This document shows, piece by piece, positions 28,429 to 41,282 of a DNA stretch of 64,000 nt. The stretch covers positions 868,001-932,000 of the forward strand of contig CM035359.1 of the NCBI GenBank assembly GCA_020137815.1, in the 5' to 3' direction. Made by a program: the position numbers and the translations under genes. A model generated the notes under the pieces. That model saw only the letters and a program-made list of their open reading frames with translations. It had not been told where the DNA came from and made no database searches. Position 1 is the first letter of the stretch. Every line of letters begins with the position of its first letter. The stretch comes from Hormiphora californensis. Lineage: Eukaryota; Animalia; Ctenophora.

Positions 28429-29392
28429 TAAGCGTGATCCTACTATACAATATGTATACAGAATGCACAGATTAGTATCTAGAACTAAAGCAGCTGGGGC
28501 CGGCCCATTGTTAGATCGTGACCCATTCATCAAAACAAAATAGACCAGGAAACTTTGAACTGAGAGCAGTGAGAGAGGGAGGTGGTGATTCAGACTCTAA
28601 CGCGTTTAGAACTATGCAGCTCGCTCCCAAACAATGCGAAGGATGTCCTGAGTCGTCTTTACTGTTATAATATACGTTTATGATCATATATTATAAACGC
28701 GTTAGTATGATAAGACAGCAAGGGTGAACACTATATACAAACAACAGCTGTGACTGCTGTATAATTGTAAACACCTGTATAGTGTGTAATGATCTCCAAG
28801 GCTCTCTAATATTAGTAATGTTATCTATGATACTTGGCCCAGCTCCCCCAGTATACTAACATGAAGACACGCCTAAAACCATTAGTCTTTAATTAACGAG
28901 CAAGGCCAAGGTCAATCGTTTTACTCTCCTACTGAGAGAATAATAACAATAGTTCAGTGCTAAACTATAACTATTGTGACAAGTGAAACAAGGTTTTACA
29001 AAATCTAACTAGTGCTAAACTATAACGAAGCTTTGGGAAATGTTTCACCTTGTTGCTCTCAACACACGTTATATATCAGTTTGAAAACAACAAAACAAGG
29101 AAACCCATTATATGACGGTCGACGTGTGGCAATCGGCAAGAGTTTTTGGAGGCGTCGCTATTTTAGAGAGCTCAAAAGATATTGCTGATCTAGGTGGGGG
29201 ATACGTATAACATGTGCCCACCAGTTAAATAACTTGTGGGCACACGTTATATTGCCTTGACATTCGACTGGAGACTGGATCTATATGCGGGCTAAGTGAA
29301 GAATCTCCCATCTGTATGCGTGATAATTATACCGGCGGCTGAAATGAAATATAGCTGACAGCTGTGATCCTGCTGCAGACTATTGCCTACAG

Positions 29393-29501
29393 CAGGAATC
29401 GACCGAATCAGGAAATAATGGTCCCTGATTGGCTGATAACCAGTCACGTGACCTAAATAACGAGTTCTGATTGGTTGTTTACTTGTTTCTTTCGGTTCCT
29501 G
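29393..29501 (+). mobile_element. hAT-like MITE copy
   Basis: 8-bp TSD gcctacag. Confidence 0.85.
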
Positions 29502-31981
29502 GCCTACAGACTAATGAATGTAACTGTCCACCACTAGAATTATTATTGTTGAATAATTCACAACCACTATTATAGTGACTAGGCATTATCCACTATTCAG
29601 TAAATTATGTAATATTGGAATCGGGGCAGCAGCTCCCCCCCCCTTTTCTTCTTTGTGTTTACTGTACCAGAGAAGTTGAAAGAAATATATTCAGGAGCGG
29701 GGAGGAGCAGACTGCAGAGCCCCGATCGAATTTTGAGTCATATCTATAGTATTAAAACTGGCAGAATCAGATCAAAAATAAGCAGAATTTAAGCATTTTA
29801 GTCCCAATTGTGCTGGAAAAATTCTTTCATCAGATCAGATACACATTGCAGAGAGATTTTATCTTTTGCAGACTGCAGCAGTGTGAAGGAGAGAGAGAGA
29901 GAGAGAGAGAGAGGAGGGGGAGAGGGGAGGGAGATGGAGAATATGTGTTGGTTGGCGCCAGTTGTGAGTCGTAGTGCCCGACACACAGTCTAGAGGGGGA
30001 AAGGGGAGATTATGAGAGATTCATACATACCATTGCAATGAATTGGCTCTCTCTCTCTCTCTTTTTCAGCGCGACCAGTTCAACCAATCTGCTGAAAATC
30101 GTGCTGAAAACTGACCATTTCAACCAATCTGCTGAAAATCGTGCTGAAAACTGTTGTCGGTGCATTACGCAAAACTGGAACATTCCCCAGCATATTCTGT
30201 CTCTCTGTCACACACAACCAGCACATAATATCCCCAGATATCTCTCTCTCTCACTCTTCAGTCTTTCACATTCACTGCACCACCTATATTTTCAGCAGAA
30301 TTTTCAGCACATAATATGTAGATGAAATTTTTGAATTGTAAAAATCAGCATTCTCGTTAAAAAAAATCAGCATCCTGGGAGACATTTCTTTCCAATTGGT
30401 TGGCAAATTTTGAATTTTCGAACGGGGCTGCAGAGGGGAGATTAATTTTGATCCTTGGCCAACCAGTGTAAACCTCAATCAGTAACCCTTCATACAGTCG
30501 ACCAATTGGATCACACACATACATTACATGCATGTTGTTCATGATACTAACTCCTTTATTTCTCAATCATACCTTGATAGTCACTAGAGTCCTCTCCCCT
30601 TAGATCTCACTCTTTTGTCTCCTCTCTTTCTATCTCTTTCTCTCTCCATCTCTCTCTCACTATATCTCTCTCCCTCTTTCTCTTTATATCTCTCTCTATC
30701 TCTCTCTCCCCCTCTTGCAATTCAACTAATGAGTCAGGGAACAACACCCTAGATGGTATAAAATCAATATAATATATATATATGCTGAGAGTAGTAAGAG
30801 CATACACTACACCTTTGTACATACTTGAGAGTAACGGAGAGAATTGAGTCTGAAAGGGGGCATGAAATTGCAAGTTCCCGTGACAAAGTTATTCTCAATC
30901 TATCCAAGCTGCTAATGAGGCGTCAGATACAGAAAGTGCTAATATATGTTGGCAAACTTCCAAACCTAGGAATACCCCTTTACAAAACATATTCCCCAAG
31001 TTTAGCCTTCCTGAAAACCCACGTACACATGTGACATCCATGCCAACAGGTAGTTCCTTTCTCCCTTTCCGTTTAAAATTACAGTATACTGCCCGAGGTA
31101 GTTAGAGAATGTGAGATGTGACAGGTCGACAGGAGTCATATATATTTTGGAGAACTCTCCGAGAGAGCTATGAATCTCTCTCCCTCTATGCACAGTTGGT
31201 GATGATATAATTCAGAATTAGTGCACGTATGTACACATGTACTACTGACCTCACCACCTGCTCCAAGGAGTCTTCAACCCTCTCAGCCATGCGTTCACCT
31301 TCCCCTCGTGCCTCTCTTCACTGTCTCTCTTTCTCTTCTATCACTCACTGCCTCTTCTACCACTCACTGTCTCTCTTTCTCTTCTATCTCTCTCCTTCTC
31401 TCTCCATCCTTCTCCTCTTCTCTGCCCTTATTCTTCTCTATCTCTCTCCTTCTTCTCTCACCCTCCGTCTTCTCTCTCTATTTTGTTGTCTTTATCTCCC
31501 TCCATCCTCCAGATGTCATCATTATTCTAGAAGTTCCCAGGTCCTATTAATTTAACAACCTCCATCATAATTTACTTTTCCCTCTCTCTCTCCTCTAACT
31601 TTTCCCTCCTACTTCCTTTTTCTCACCCTTTTCTCTTCCCTCTCACCCGACACTCCAGAAAGAGCAGCCGGTAGTATTCGAGACACATGTGTTAAAACTC
31701 TGTAGCAGCTGGTCAGAGTGGGGTCCGATAACCAACGGTGGAGAGGTTTTAAAACCGGGGAATGATAACAAGATAGAAGGGGAGAGTGGGAGAAGGAGTG
31801 AGAGTGGGAGAGAGTGAGAGAGCGAGAAGGGGAGTGGGATAGAGTGAAGGAGTGAGAGTGAGAGAAGGAGTGAGAGTGAAGGAGAGTGAAGGAGGGAGAG
31901 AGAGAGAGTGAAGGAGTGGGAGCGGGAGAAGAGAAAGAGAAAGATATGATAAAGAGATATGAAACAGGCTGGAAACATTAC

Positions 31982-34900
31982 CTCTTCAGGTTTAACCTCC
32001 TCGTCTCCCTCTTTCACCTCCTCTTCTTTGGCAGGTTCGGCAGCTTCCTCAGCGGCAGCAGGTTCGGCAGGTTCTCCCTCTTCAGCTGGGGCTACCTCCT
32101 TCTTCTTAGGGAACTTGATGTTGAACCTGGGGAGGGGAGTAATTAATTAGCAACTAATTAGCAATTAATAAGCAATTAATTAGTTTTAAATCGAACGGGT
32201 TGATACTTGATGAAAGTTAAAAGTGGGAGGGTTAATTTAGTAGGAGAGTCATCTGACAGATTGTAACAAGATCTTAGTTTTACAACCCTGAATGTATATG
32301 GGGGAAGGGTGGAGAAGTGACTAATTGAAGGCCAGCTCTGACAGTTCACATCTAAGTTCTAGAACACTCTAAAATCCAAAAACCAACATTTCAAAGAAAA
32401 GCCACAGCTTGGTTAATTCTTTACAGATTAATTCTTCACAGATTAGGGCAGATAAATATACGTTCTAGAACATTCAAAACAACCAAGGCGACATACACAC
32501 GAACATGTTGATTTGAGGTAAAACACCCTCATCCCTCACACTCCACCCCCCCCCCCACCCCGGCCCACATCACCACTTCTGGGTTGTTCTACTCACTTGC
32601 TCATGAAGCCCTTCTTCTTTGATGGTGTCTCACACTCCACCCCCCCCCCCTCGCTGGTCTCACATCACCCCCTCCCAGGTACTCACTTGCTCATGAAGCC
32701 CTTCTTCTTTGAGGGGTACGGTGGCAGATTCCGGCCAACTGTTTTTTTAGTCAAGTGAAATATTTTTGCTTGAAGTTTTATAAAAATTTTATTTCAAAAT
32801 AAAAATAAACATGTCCTTAAAATTATTGGCCGGAATCTGCCACGCGAGTGGCAGATCTCGGCCAAGATTCTAAAAAAACCTTGGCCAGAATCTGCCAACC
32901 ACGTGGCAGATTCCGGCCAACAAACTGAAACTTACTTATATCAAAGCGAAAACCGCTGTACCCGACTAATTTTGATACGCTGAATCACGTAAGCAACTTT
33001 TCCAATCCCCTCAGAGGTCGGGAAAGTGTCCTAATTGAGCATAATAGGGTCTAATTGACCCCACTTACAACTTTTCACCTGGAAACGATAGACGCTTATG
33101 TGAAGGCACTTTTCCGACTAATTTTGATAAGCTGAATCACGTAAGCTATTTTTCAAAGCCCCCCGAGGTCGGAAAAGTGCCCTAATTGAGCAATTAAGGC
33201 CAATTAGACCAAATTATACTTAATTAAGCCAAATTCCCGACCTCGGAGGGCTTGGAAAAGTTGCTTACGTGATTCAGCGTATCAAAATTAGTCGGAAAAG
33301 TGCCTTCACATAAGCGTCTATCGTTTCCAGGTGAAAAGTTGTAAGTGGGGTCAATTAGACCCTATTATGCTCAATTAGGACACTTTCCCGACCTCTGAGG
33401 GATTGGAAAAGTTGCTTACGTGATTCAGCGTATCAAAATTAGTCGGGTACAGCGGTTTTCGCTTTGATATAAGTAAGTTTCAGTTTGTTGGCCGGAATCT
33501 GCCACGTGGTTGGCAGATTCTGGCCAAGGTTTTTTTAGAATTTTGGCCGAGATCTGCCACTCGCGTGGCAGATTCCGGCCAATAATTTTAACGATATGTT
33601 TATTTTTATTTTGAAATAAAATTTTTATAAAACTTCAAACAAAAATATTTCACTTGATTGAAAAAACTCTTGGCCGGAATCTGCCACCGTAGAGGGGGTC
33701 TCGCACTCCACCTCCCTCCCCCTCCCCCTCCCGGCCCACATAACCACTGGGTTGTTCTACTCACTTGCTCATGAAGCCCTTCTTCTTTGAGGGAGTCTCA
33801 CACTCCACCCCCTCCCCCTCACTGGTCTCACATCACCCCCTCCCAGGTACTCACTTGCTCATGAAGCCCTTCTTCTTTGAGGGTGTCTCACACTCCACCC
33901 CCTCCCCCTCACTGGTCTCACATCACCCCCTCCCATATCACTCACTTGCTCATGAAGCCCTTCTTCTTTGAGGGAGTCTCACACTCCACCCCCTCCCCCT
34001 CACTGGTCTCACATCACCCCCTCCCAGGTACTCACTTGCTCATGAAGCCCTTCTTCTTTGAGGGGGTCTCACACTCCACCCTCTCCCCCTCACTGGTCCC
34101 ACATCACCCCCTCCCAGGTACTCACATCACCCCCTCCCAGGTACTCACTTGCTCATGAAGCCCTTCTTCTTTGAGGGAGTCTCACACTCCACCCCCTCCC
34201 CCACACTGGTCTCACATCACCCCCTCCCAGGTACTCACTTGCTCATGAAGCCCTTCTTCTTTGAGGGAGTCTCACACTCCACCCCCTCCCCCACACTGGT
34301 CTCACATCACCCCCTCCCAGGTACTCACTTGCTCATGAAGCCCTTCTTCTTTGAGGGAGTCTCACACTCCACCCCCTCCCCTCACTGGTCTCACATCACC
34401 CCCTCCCAGGTACTCACTTGCTCATGAAGCCCTTCTTTTTTATGGTGTCTCACACTCTACCCCTCCCCCTCACTGGTCTCACATCACCCCCTCCCATGGG
34501 TACTCACTTGCTCATGAAGCCCTTCTTCTTTGAGGGAGTCTCACACTCCACCCCCTCCCCCTCACTGGTCTCACATCACCCCCTCCTGGGTACTCACTTG
34601 CTCATGAAGCCCTTCTTCTTTGAGGGTGTCTCACACTCCACCCCCTCCCCCTCACTGGTCTCACATCACCCCCTCCCAGGTACTCACTTGCTCATGAAGC
34701 CCTTCTTCTTTGAGGGAGTCTCACACTCCACCCCCTCCCCCTCACTGGTCTCACATCACCCCCTCCCAGGTACTCACTTGCTCATGAAGCCCTTCTTCTT
34801 TGAGGGAGTCTCACACTCCACCCCCCCCCCCCTCGCTGGTCCCACATCACCCCCTCCCAGGTACTCACTTGCTCATGAAGCCCTTCTTCTTTGATTGTGT

Positions 34901-37900
34901 CTCACACTCCACCACCCTCCTCACTCACCCCTCAACTATGTTGGGGTGTCCACACTCACCCCCCCCCCCCCACGGTCTCACATCACACCCCCTCCCAGGT
35001 ACTCACTTGCTCATGAAGCCCTTCTTTTTGAGGGAGTCTCACACTCCACCCCGCTCCCCCCCTTCCCCTCACTCTCACGTCACACCCCCTCCCAGTCACT
35101 CACTTGCTCATGAAGCCCTTCTTCTTTGAGGGAGTCTCACACTCCACCCCCTCTCCCTCACTGGTCTCACATCACCCCCTCCCAGGTACTCACTTGCTCA
35201 TGAAGCCCTTCTTCTTTGAGGGAGTCTCACACTCCACCCCCTCCCCCTCACTGGTCCCACATCACCCCCCTCCCAGGTACTCACTTGCTCATGAAGCCCT
35301 TCTTCTTTGAGGGGGTCTCACCCTCCACCCTCTCCCCCTCACTGGTCCCACATCACCCCCTCCCAGGTACTCACATCACCCCCTCACAGGTACTCACTTG
35401 CTCATGAAGCCCTTCTTCTTTGAGGGAGTCTCACACTCCACCCCCTCCCCCTCACTGGTCTCACATCACCCCCTCCCAGGTACTCACTTGCTCATGAAGC
35501 CCTTCTTTTTTGAGGGAGTCTCACACTCCACCCCCCTCCCCTCACTGGTCCCACATCACCCCCTCCCAGGTACTCACATCACCCCCTCCCAGGTACTCAC
35601 TTGCTCATGAAGCCCTTCTTCTTTGAGGGAGTCTCACACTCCACCCCCCTCCCCTCACTGGTCTCACATCACCCCCTCACAGGTACTCACTTGCTCATGA
35701 AGCCCTTCTTCTTTGAGGGAGTCTCACACTCCACCCCCTCCCCCTCACTGGTCTCACATCACCCCCTCCCAGGTACTCACTTGCTCATGAAGCCCTTCTT
35801 CTTTGAGGGGGTCTCACACTCCACCCTCTCCCCCTCACTGGTCCCACATCACCCCCTCCCAGGTACTCACATCACCCCCTCACAGGTACTCACTTGCTCA
35901 TGAAGCCCTTCTTCTTTGATGGTGTCTCACACTCCACCCCCCTCCCCCTCCCCCTCCCGGCCCACATAACCACTGGGTTGTTCTACTCACTTGCTCATGA
36001 AGCCCTTCTTCTTTGATGGTGTCTCACACTCGGCTGGCGTGGTTGGCTCTTCCTCACCCTCCTTTCCTTCCTCAGGGGCAGCAGCTTCCTCAGCAGCAAC
36101 CTCTTCTGTCTTCTCCTCTTCAGCAGGGGCGGCTTCCTGAAGAGAACGGGGTTTAGTGGGTGAATATTATCGTGATCAGGAACCGACCGATAGAAGTAAA
36201 CAACCAATCAGAGCTGATTATTTAGGTCACGTGACTGGTTATCAGCCAATCAGGGACCAGTTTTTCCTGATTCGGTCGGTTCCTGATCGTGATGTTAAGA
36301 AACCAACAAGCAAAGCAAGATAATGCAAACATGTGAGAAAAGGTTGGAAAACAAGACTCAGCGCATTCAAACACTGTGGGTCACGTGCGTACTTCAGGAT
36401 ATAATACGTGATTATTTTCTAACCCTTCTTAGTGAGGGCCGAGCAAGGCAATGAACTAGGGGGGGGGGGGGCCGGCTGAAGTTTTTGAAGTTTTTGAAGT
36501 CAACTTCAAAAACTTCAAAGAGAAACTTAGGGTGGAAAACTTCAAAAACTTCAAAAACTTCAAAAACTCATATCTCCTAAACCGTTGGAGATAGGCCCTA
36601 TGTTGCTTCATAACTCTTATATAAACTCGAGGCCGCTGATGATTTTGGTGTCCATATTTTTTTCACTACTCCCTTAATAAAAAATTTGCATTTTGAGAAA
36701 CTGGCAAAAAGAGTGTGGCCCCAAAAAAATTTTTGAAAATTTACTTCATAATTTTTAAACACTTTCTTAGCATTTTCTAGGCAACTTTTTGAGTTACAGA
36801 ATGAAAATGAAATCTGTTTTTACAAAAAATTTAAATTTTTTACACCAAATTGTGCCATGGATTTCATGGCTAGAAATCATTGTAAATATCCTAATTTGTG
36901 GTAGAAAAAGGGCAGACAAGGAAGGATAACTTTGCCACAATATGTATTAAGCATGAAACTAACCTAAACAAGTGTAATAATAGTCACTGATAGCATAAAA
37001 AAGTAGTTTAGAGTTTTTGAAGTTTTTGAAGTTTTTGAAGTCAACTTCAAAAACTCAAAAAGTAGGGTGGAAAACTTCAAACTTCAAAAACTTCAGCCGG
37101 CCCCCCCCCCCCCCCATGAACTATAGTATGAAAAGGGAGGGTGCTTTTGGTAGTTGGTAGTGAGGGGAGCTTCAAATCAAGGATGATTAATTAATTAATT
37201 AATCTAGTGCAGTGTGTGATTAATTACATGCAAAGTAAAATCTCAGAAAGATCAAAAACAGCAAAGATAAATTTTCGGAAAGGAACGGGAAGGGGAAGAG
37301 AGAGAGAGAGAGAGCCGCGGCAGGGGGGAGTATCTTACCGACTGCGGGGTCTCATCAGCAGGTGGTGCAGTGGTAAAAGTTTGATCGACAATCGCAGTGA
37401 GCTCTTCAGCCATGCCCGATGTTACTACAGTTGATCTACGAACTTCTTCTCTCTCTTCTGCTGGAACAGCTTCCTCAATCACAATTTCAGGTTCTGAGAC
37501 CTTGATCTCCTCCTGTTTAGGAGATTCCTCATCCTGTTTAGGAGATTCCGTAACTTCCTCCTCAGCCACTGGTTCAGGATCCTTTTCAGCAATAACAACA
37601 GGTTCAATTAGCTCTGCTGGTTTTACAGATTCAATTGATGTCTCTTCGACTGGTTCCTCCTCGGTGGGTTCAATTGATTTTGGTTCCTCAACTTGTTCAG
37701 GTTCTTGTTCAATTGATTTTGGTTCCTCAACTTGTTCAGGTTCTTGTTCAATTGATTTTGATTCCTCAGCTTGTTCAGGTTCTTCAATTGATTCCGGCTC
37801 GACAGTTTCATCAGTCGTCTCATTACTAAGTTCTGCTTCGTTACTGGGTTCTGGTTCAGTACTAACTTCTACTTCGTTACTGGGTTCTGGTTCAGTACTA

Positions 37901-40011
37901 ATTTCTGGTACAACCTCTGCGACATCCACTGGAGCTTCTGGTTCTGTGGCCTCTGGTTCTGTTTCTGGTTCTGGTTCTGTGACATCTGTTTCTGCTGCTT
38001 TTGGTTCTGATACCTCTGGCTCTGCTGCAGATTCATTAGTGATCTCGAGTGAATCAATGTTGCTGCACTGTAGAGGAAAGGAAGAAGAGTATGAAAAACG
38101 TATGAAAAACGTGTGAATTGTGAATGAATTGTGATTTATATTGATTTTGTTGAACTTTTACACATTTTAGCACAAGAACATGCGCACGATATAACACACG
38201 CACACACACTTGGCAAACTCACGCACGGGACATGCTTTGGAACCAACTAGTAATCCACCAAGAGAGAGATGGTTGAATCCTAATTAGTTAATTAATCAAT
38301 TACTAACCTCAGTGGCGGGTGCTTCCTCTGCAGCGGCGGGAGCCTCCTCGACCTCAGGGGAGACTGGCTCAGTGGGCTGTGTAGAGGGGGTTGTTTAGTT
38401 TAGAAATTATACAGCTGACGTTTGTATAGTATACCAAATCAAAGTGTGATTATTTAACGGTGTGTGATAACGGTGAGATATAGGTGTGATCAGTGATAGA
38501 GTTGTGATAGAGTTGTGTTAGAGATGTGATAGAGTTCTGATAGAGTTGTGTTAGAGATGTGATAAAGGTGTGATAGAGGTGTGATAGAGGTGTGTGATCA
38601 GTGATAGCGGGGTATGATAACGGTGAGATATAGGTGTGATCAGTGATAGAGTTGTGATAGAGTTGTGTTAGAGATGTGATAGAGTTCTGATAGAGTTGTG
38701 TTAGAGATGTGATAAAGGTGTGATAGAGGTGTGATAAAGGTGTGATAGAGGTGTGATAGAGGGGTATGATCTGCAGTGATAGCGGGGTATGATCTGCAGT
38801 GATAGCGGGGTATGATCTGCAGTGATAGCGGGGTATGATCTGCAGTGATAGCGGGGTGTGATCTGCAGTTACCTCAACAGGTTCGCTCTCCTTGGGAGAG
38901 TCAGTATCCTTCTCCTCAGGTTCGCTCACTTTCTCCTCCTCACTGTCACCATTCACACCGTTAACATCATCAACAACAGGAGTGCTAATGGCAGCTGCAG
39001 CCTCTACGGGCTCTTCCTCGACCTGGGGAGAGTGGGGTTTGGGACCAAGTAAACAACCAATCAGAGCTCGTTATTTAGGTCACGTGACTGCTTATCAGCC
39101 AATCAGGGACCAGCATTTCCTGATTCGGTCGGTTCCTGGGTTTGGTGAACTTTGATCTCAATTTCCTCTCTCGGATACACATCAAATTTCTAATATTGCC
39201 AACTATCTCTCCCACATTCTCCCTCTCTCTCCCACATTCTCTCTCTCTCTTGACAGGTATTGAGGGAACCTTCCCAACGCTGGAGAGTAGCCAGAATATT
39301 ATTACATATATTGGGAGGACAATTTCGGAGGCAGAAAGTTAGAGGGAGAAATATTGAGAAATAGAGGCCAGGGGTAGAGGGGAAAGGGAGATACTAAATT
39401 GCTAGAGGGTGTGGTATCTAATAAATTTAACATTTCGTAAAATACGTGCTGACAATATAAGTGAGCGATGGACCGTGAGAAATCGATGTACCACTTCATA
39501 TAATATATATTGAGGGAGATGGACAGATAGAAACTGATGGAGAGAAACTAATAAAAACTGAGGCAGATAGCTGATAGAGAGAGAAACTGAGGGAGATAGA
39601 GACCAGTCGACGAGTCTGATTTTATAGTCATTGTATGGGAAAAAGTTATGTAATACCGCCTGCACCATACTACGTACAACCACATCCGCGATGTGGTTAT
39701 GTATTGATGACAACCCCTTGATGACCCATAACACCCTCAACCAATTAATCAATTACCTCAACCAATTAACCAATTAACTCAACCAATTAATCAATTAACT
39801 CAACCAATTAACCAATTATTTAATTACCTTGTCATCAGTGGGCTCAACGATGGGGTACTTCACATCGGTTGTAATTTATGAGGTTGTGGGGCCTGCGGGT
39901 GTGTGATCCCTTTATATTGTATTAATAGAATCAATATTGGTACTTTTTGAGCAGGGGTTTTGTGACGTCACAGGGCAGCTCAACGACTGGGGTACTTTCA
40001 ACATCGGCCAT
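31982..40011 (-). CDS. highly acidic Glu/Pro/Ala-rich disordered protein with one basic-hydrophobic MARCKS-like motif (exons ~40011-39828, 39022-38873, 38376-38308, 38067-37339, 36136-35991, 32126-31982; last exon not resolved)
   Basis: Spliced translation MADVESTPVVE..PTDDK|VEEEPVEAAAA..|PTEPVSPE..|CSNIDSLE..TPQS|EAAPAEEEK..ETPSKKKGFMSK|FNIKFPKKKEVAPAEEGE..KPEE with GT-AG introns and consistent phases. The first exon is garbled by a noisy duplication. Confidence 0.8.
32535..36030 (-). repeat. 90-bp tandem array (~25 copies) of an exon 3' end plus splice donor
   Basis: Each unit on the minus strand contains gagtgtgagacNccNtcaaagaagaagggcttcatgagcaa|GTGAGT, identical in kind to the true exon end at 35991. 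Confidence 0.95.
32717..33691. mobile_element. ~975-bp palindromic element, IS3EU-like termini
   Basis: gagggg|TACGGTGGCAGA...TCTGCCACCGTA|gagggg. A 6-bp TSD with TAY..RTA ends; other array units show the empty site. Confidence 0.75.
36177..36285 (-). mobile_element. hAT-like MITE copy
   Basis: 8-bp TSD atcgtgat. Confidence 0.85.
36459..37115. mobile_element. TIR element with poly-G/poly-C termini and 8-bp TSD
   Basis: atgaacta|G13 CCGGCTGAAGTTT...AAACTTCAGCCGG C15|atgaacta, with subterminal gaagttttt repeats. Confidence 0.8.
38460..38868. repeat. compound minisatellite starting right at a splice donor
   Basis: 23-bp gatctgcagtgatagcggggtat units followed by gtgataga-type units. Confidence 0.9.
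39042..39138 (-). mobile_element. hAT-like MITE copy (one end truncated)
   Basis: Same internal sequence. Confidence 0.8.
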
Positions 40012-40292
40012 TGTATTTAGAGGTTGCTTGGTGGTGCGGGTGTGTGATCCCTATTAATTGAAATATTAATTAGAATTCAATAATTGGAAGGGTGTAATGA
40101 ATAATTAGAAAACTTGTAATTCAGGGGCGCAGGTAATCGTGTAATTAGTGATTGGTCGGTAATGGTTTTGGATCGCGAAAAAACACCAAAGTTAAAAAGC
40201 TAGGCACTAATGCTAAATGCACTAGCCTTGAAAATGATTGGATTAGACGAAAATTGAAGGAACGATTTTAGAAAAAGAAGCAATTTGATCAG

Positions 40293-40366
<74 letters not shown>

Positions 40367-41212
40367 CAAGAAGGAAATAGTAAAAAAGAAGATTGTAATC
40401 GCACATTAAATACTGTGATGTTATTTTGGGTAAACTATTAACAGAAGCAAAAGTGACACGAGTTCAGTGCGTGATGAGAGAGAGAGAGTCAAAAAAGAGA
40501 AAAATGAAAATAGAGAAAAGTGCAAATTAAAGACAAAATCAGAGGTGAAGTTACTATGTATGAAACAGACTAAAACCTTTTTGTCTGAGAGCCAAAAAGA
40601 TTGCACAGTTGTGCCAAAGTCCCCCACCCCCGCCAAAGTTGATTATTGGGCCAGGAATTTTGAGGCTCTGCCAAAAAGCTACAAAGTACCTCTTTCGATA
40701 TTTTCGAAAATTGAATTTTGAAAGATTTGAATCGAAGAGTCGAATCTAGAACAACAATAAAGCTGCTGATTGTTGTGCTAACAGGGCTCTATTCATGGTT
40801 AAGAGTTCGCCAATGAGAGATAGATACTAGATAGAGAGAAAGAGATAGATACTAGATAGAGAGAAAGAGATAGATATATTCTGAGTCAAGAGGGAGAGCA
40901 AACTTGTGATAAACATAGACTCATCGAATAGCTAATCGGCTGTGCAGAGCGGTGTGTAAGTTGCACAGACATACGGAGAGAGATCAGAGAGGGACAAGGG
41001 AAGGAAGATATAGAGAGAAAGAGAGAGGGAGAGACAAATCAGAAAGATGCGGAGAGAGAGAGAGGGACGAAGATAGCTACATAACAGGTTAACTTCACAG
41101 AAGTACGCCTAAGAAGTAAAATCTGCAATTACCAACCACTCCTTGATACTATCAGAGCATGGGACAAAAAGATCTCGGTCAAGAAAAAGGAGAGAGAGAG
41201 AGAGCGAGTGAG

Positions 41213-41282
<70 letters not shown>

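Noticed and set aside
33692-35990. CRISPR-like appearance (constant ~35-bp segment alternating with a more variable segment)
   Set aside because: The 'spacers' are near-identical to each other, there are no cas genes, the context is a eukaryotic intron, and the constant part is a copy of the adjacent exon end.
37397-38116. 239-aa Ser-rich plus-strand ORF
   Set aside because: Antisense shadow of the Glu/Pro-rich minus-strand exon.
39828-40085. Apparent tandem duplicate first exon (alternative promoters)
   Set aside because: Both copies carry scattered 1-2-nt indels, consistent with an unmerged noisy read overlap.
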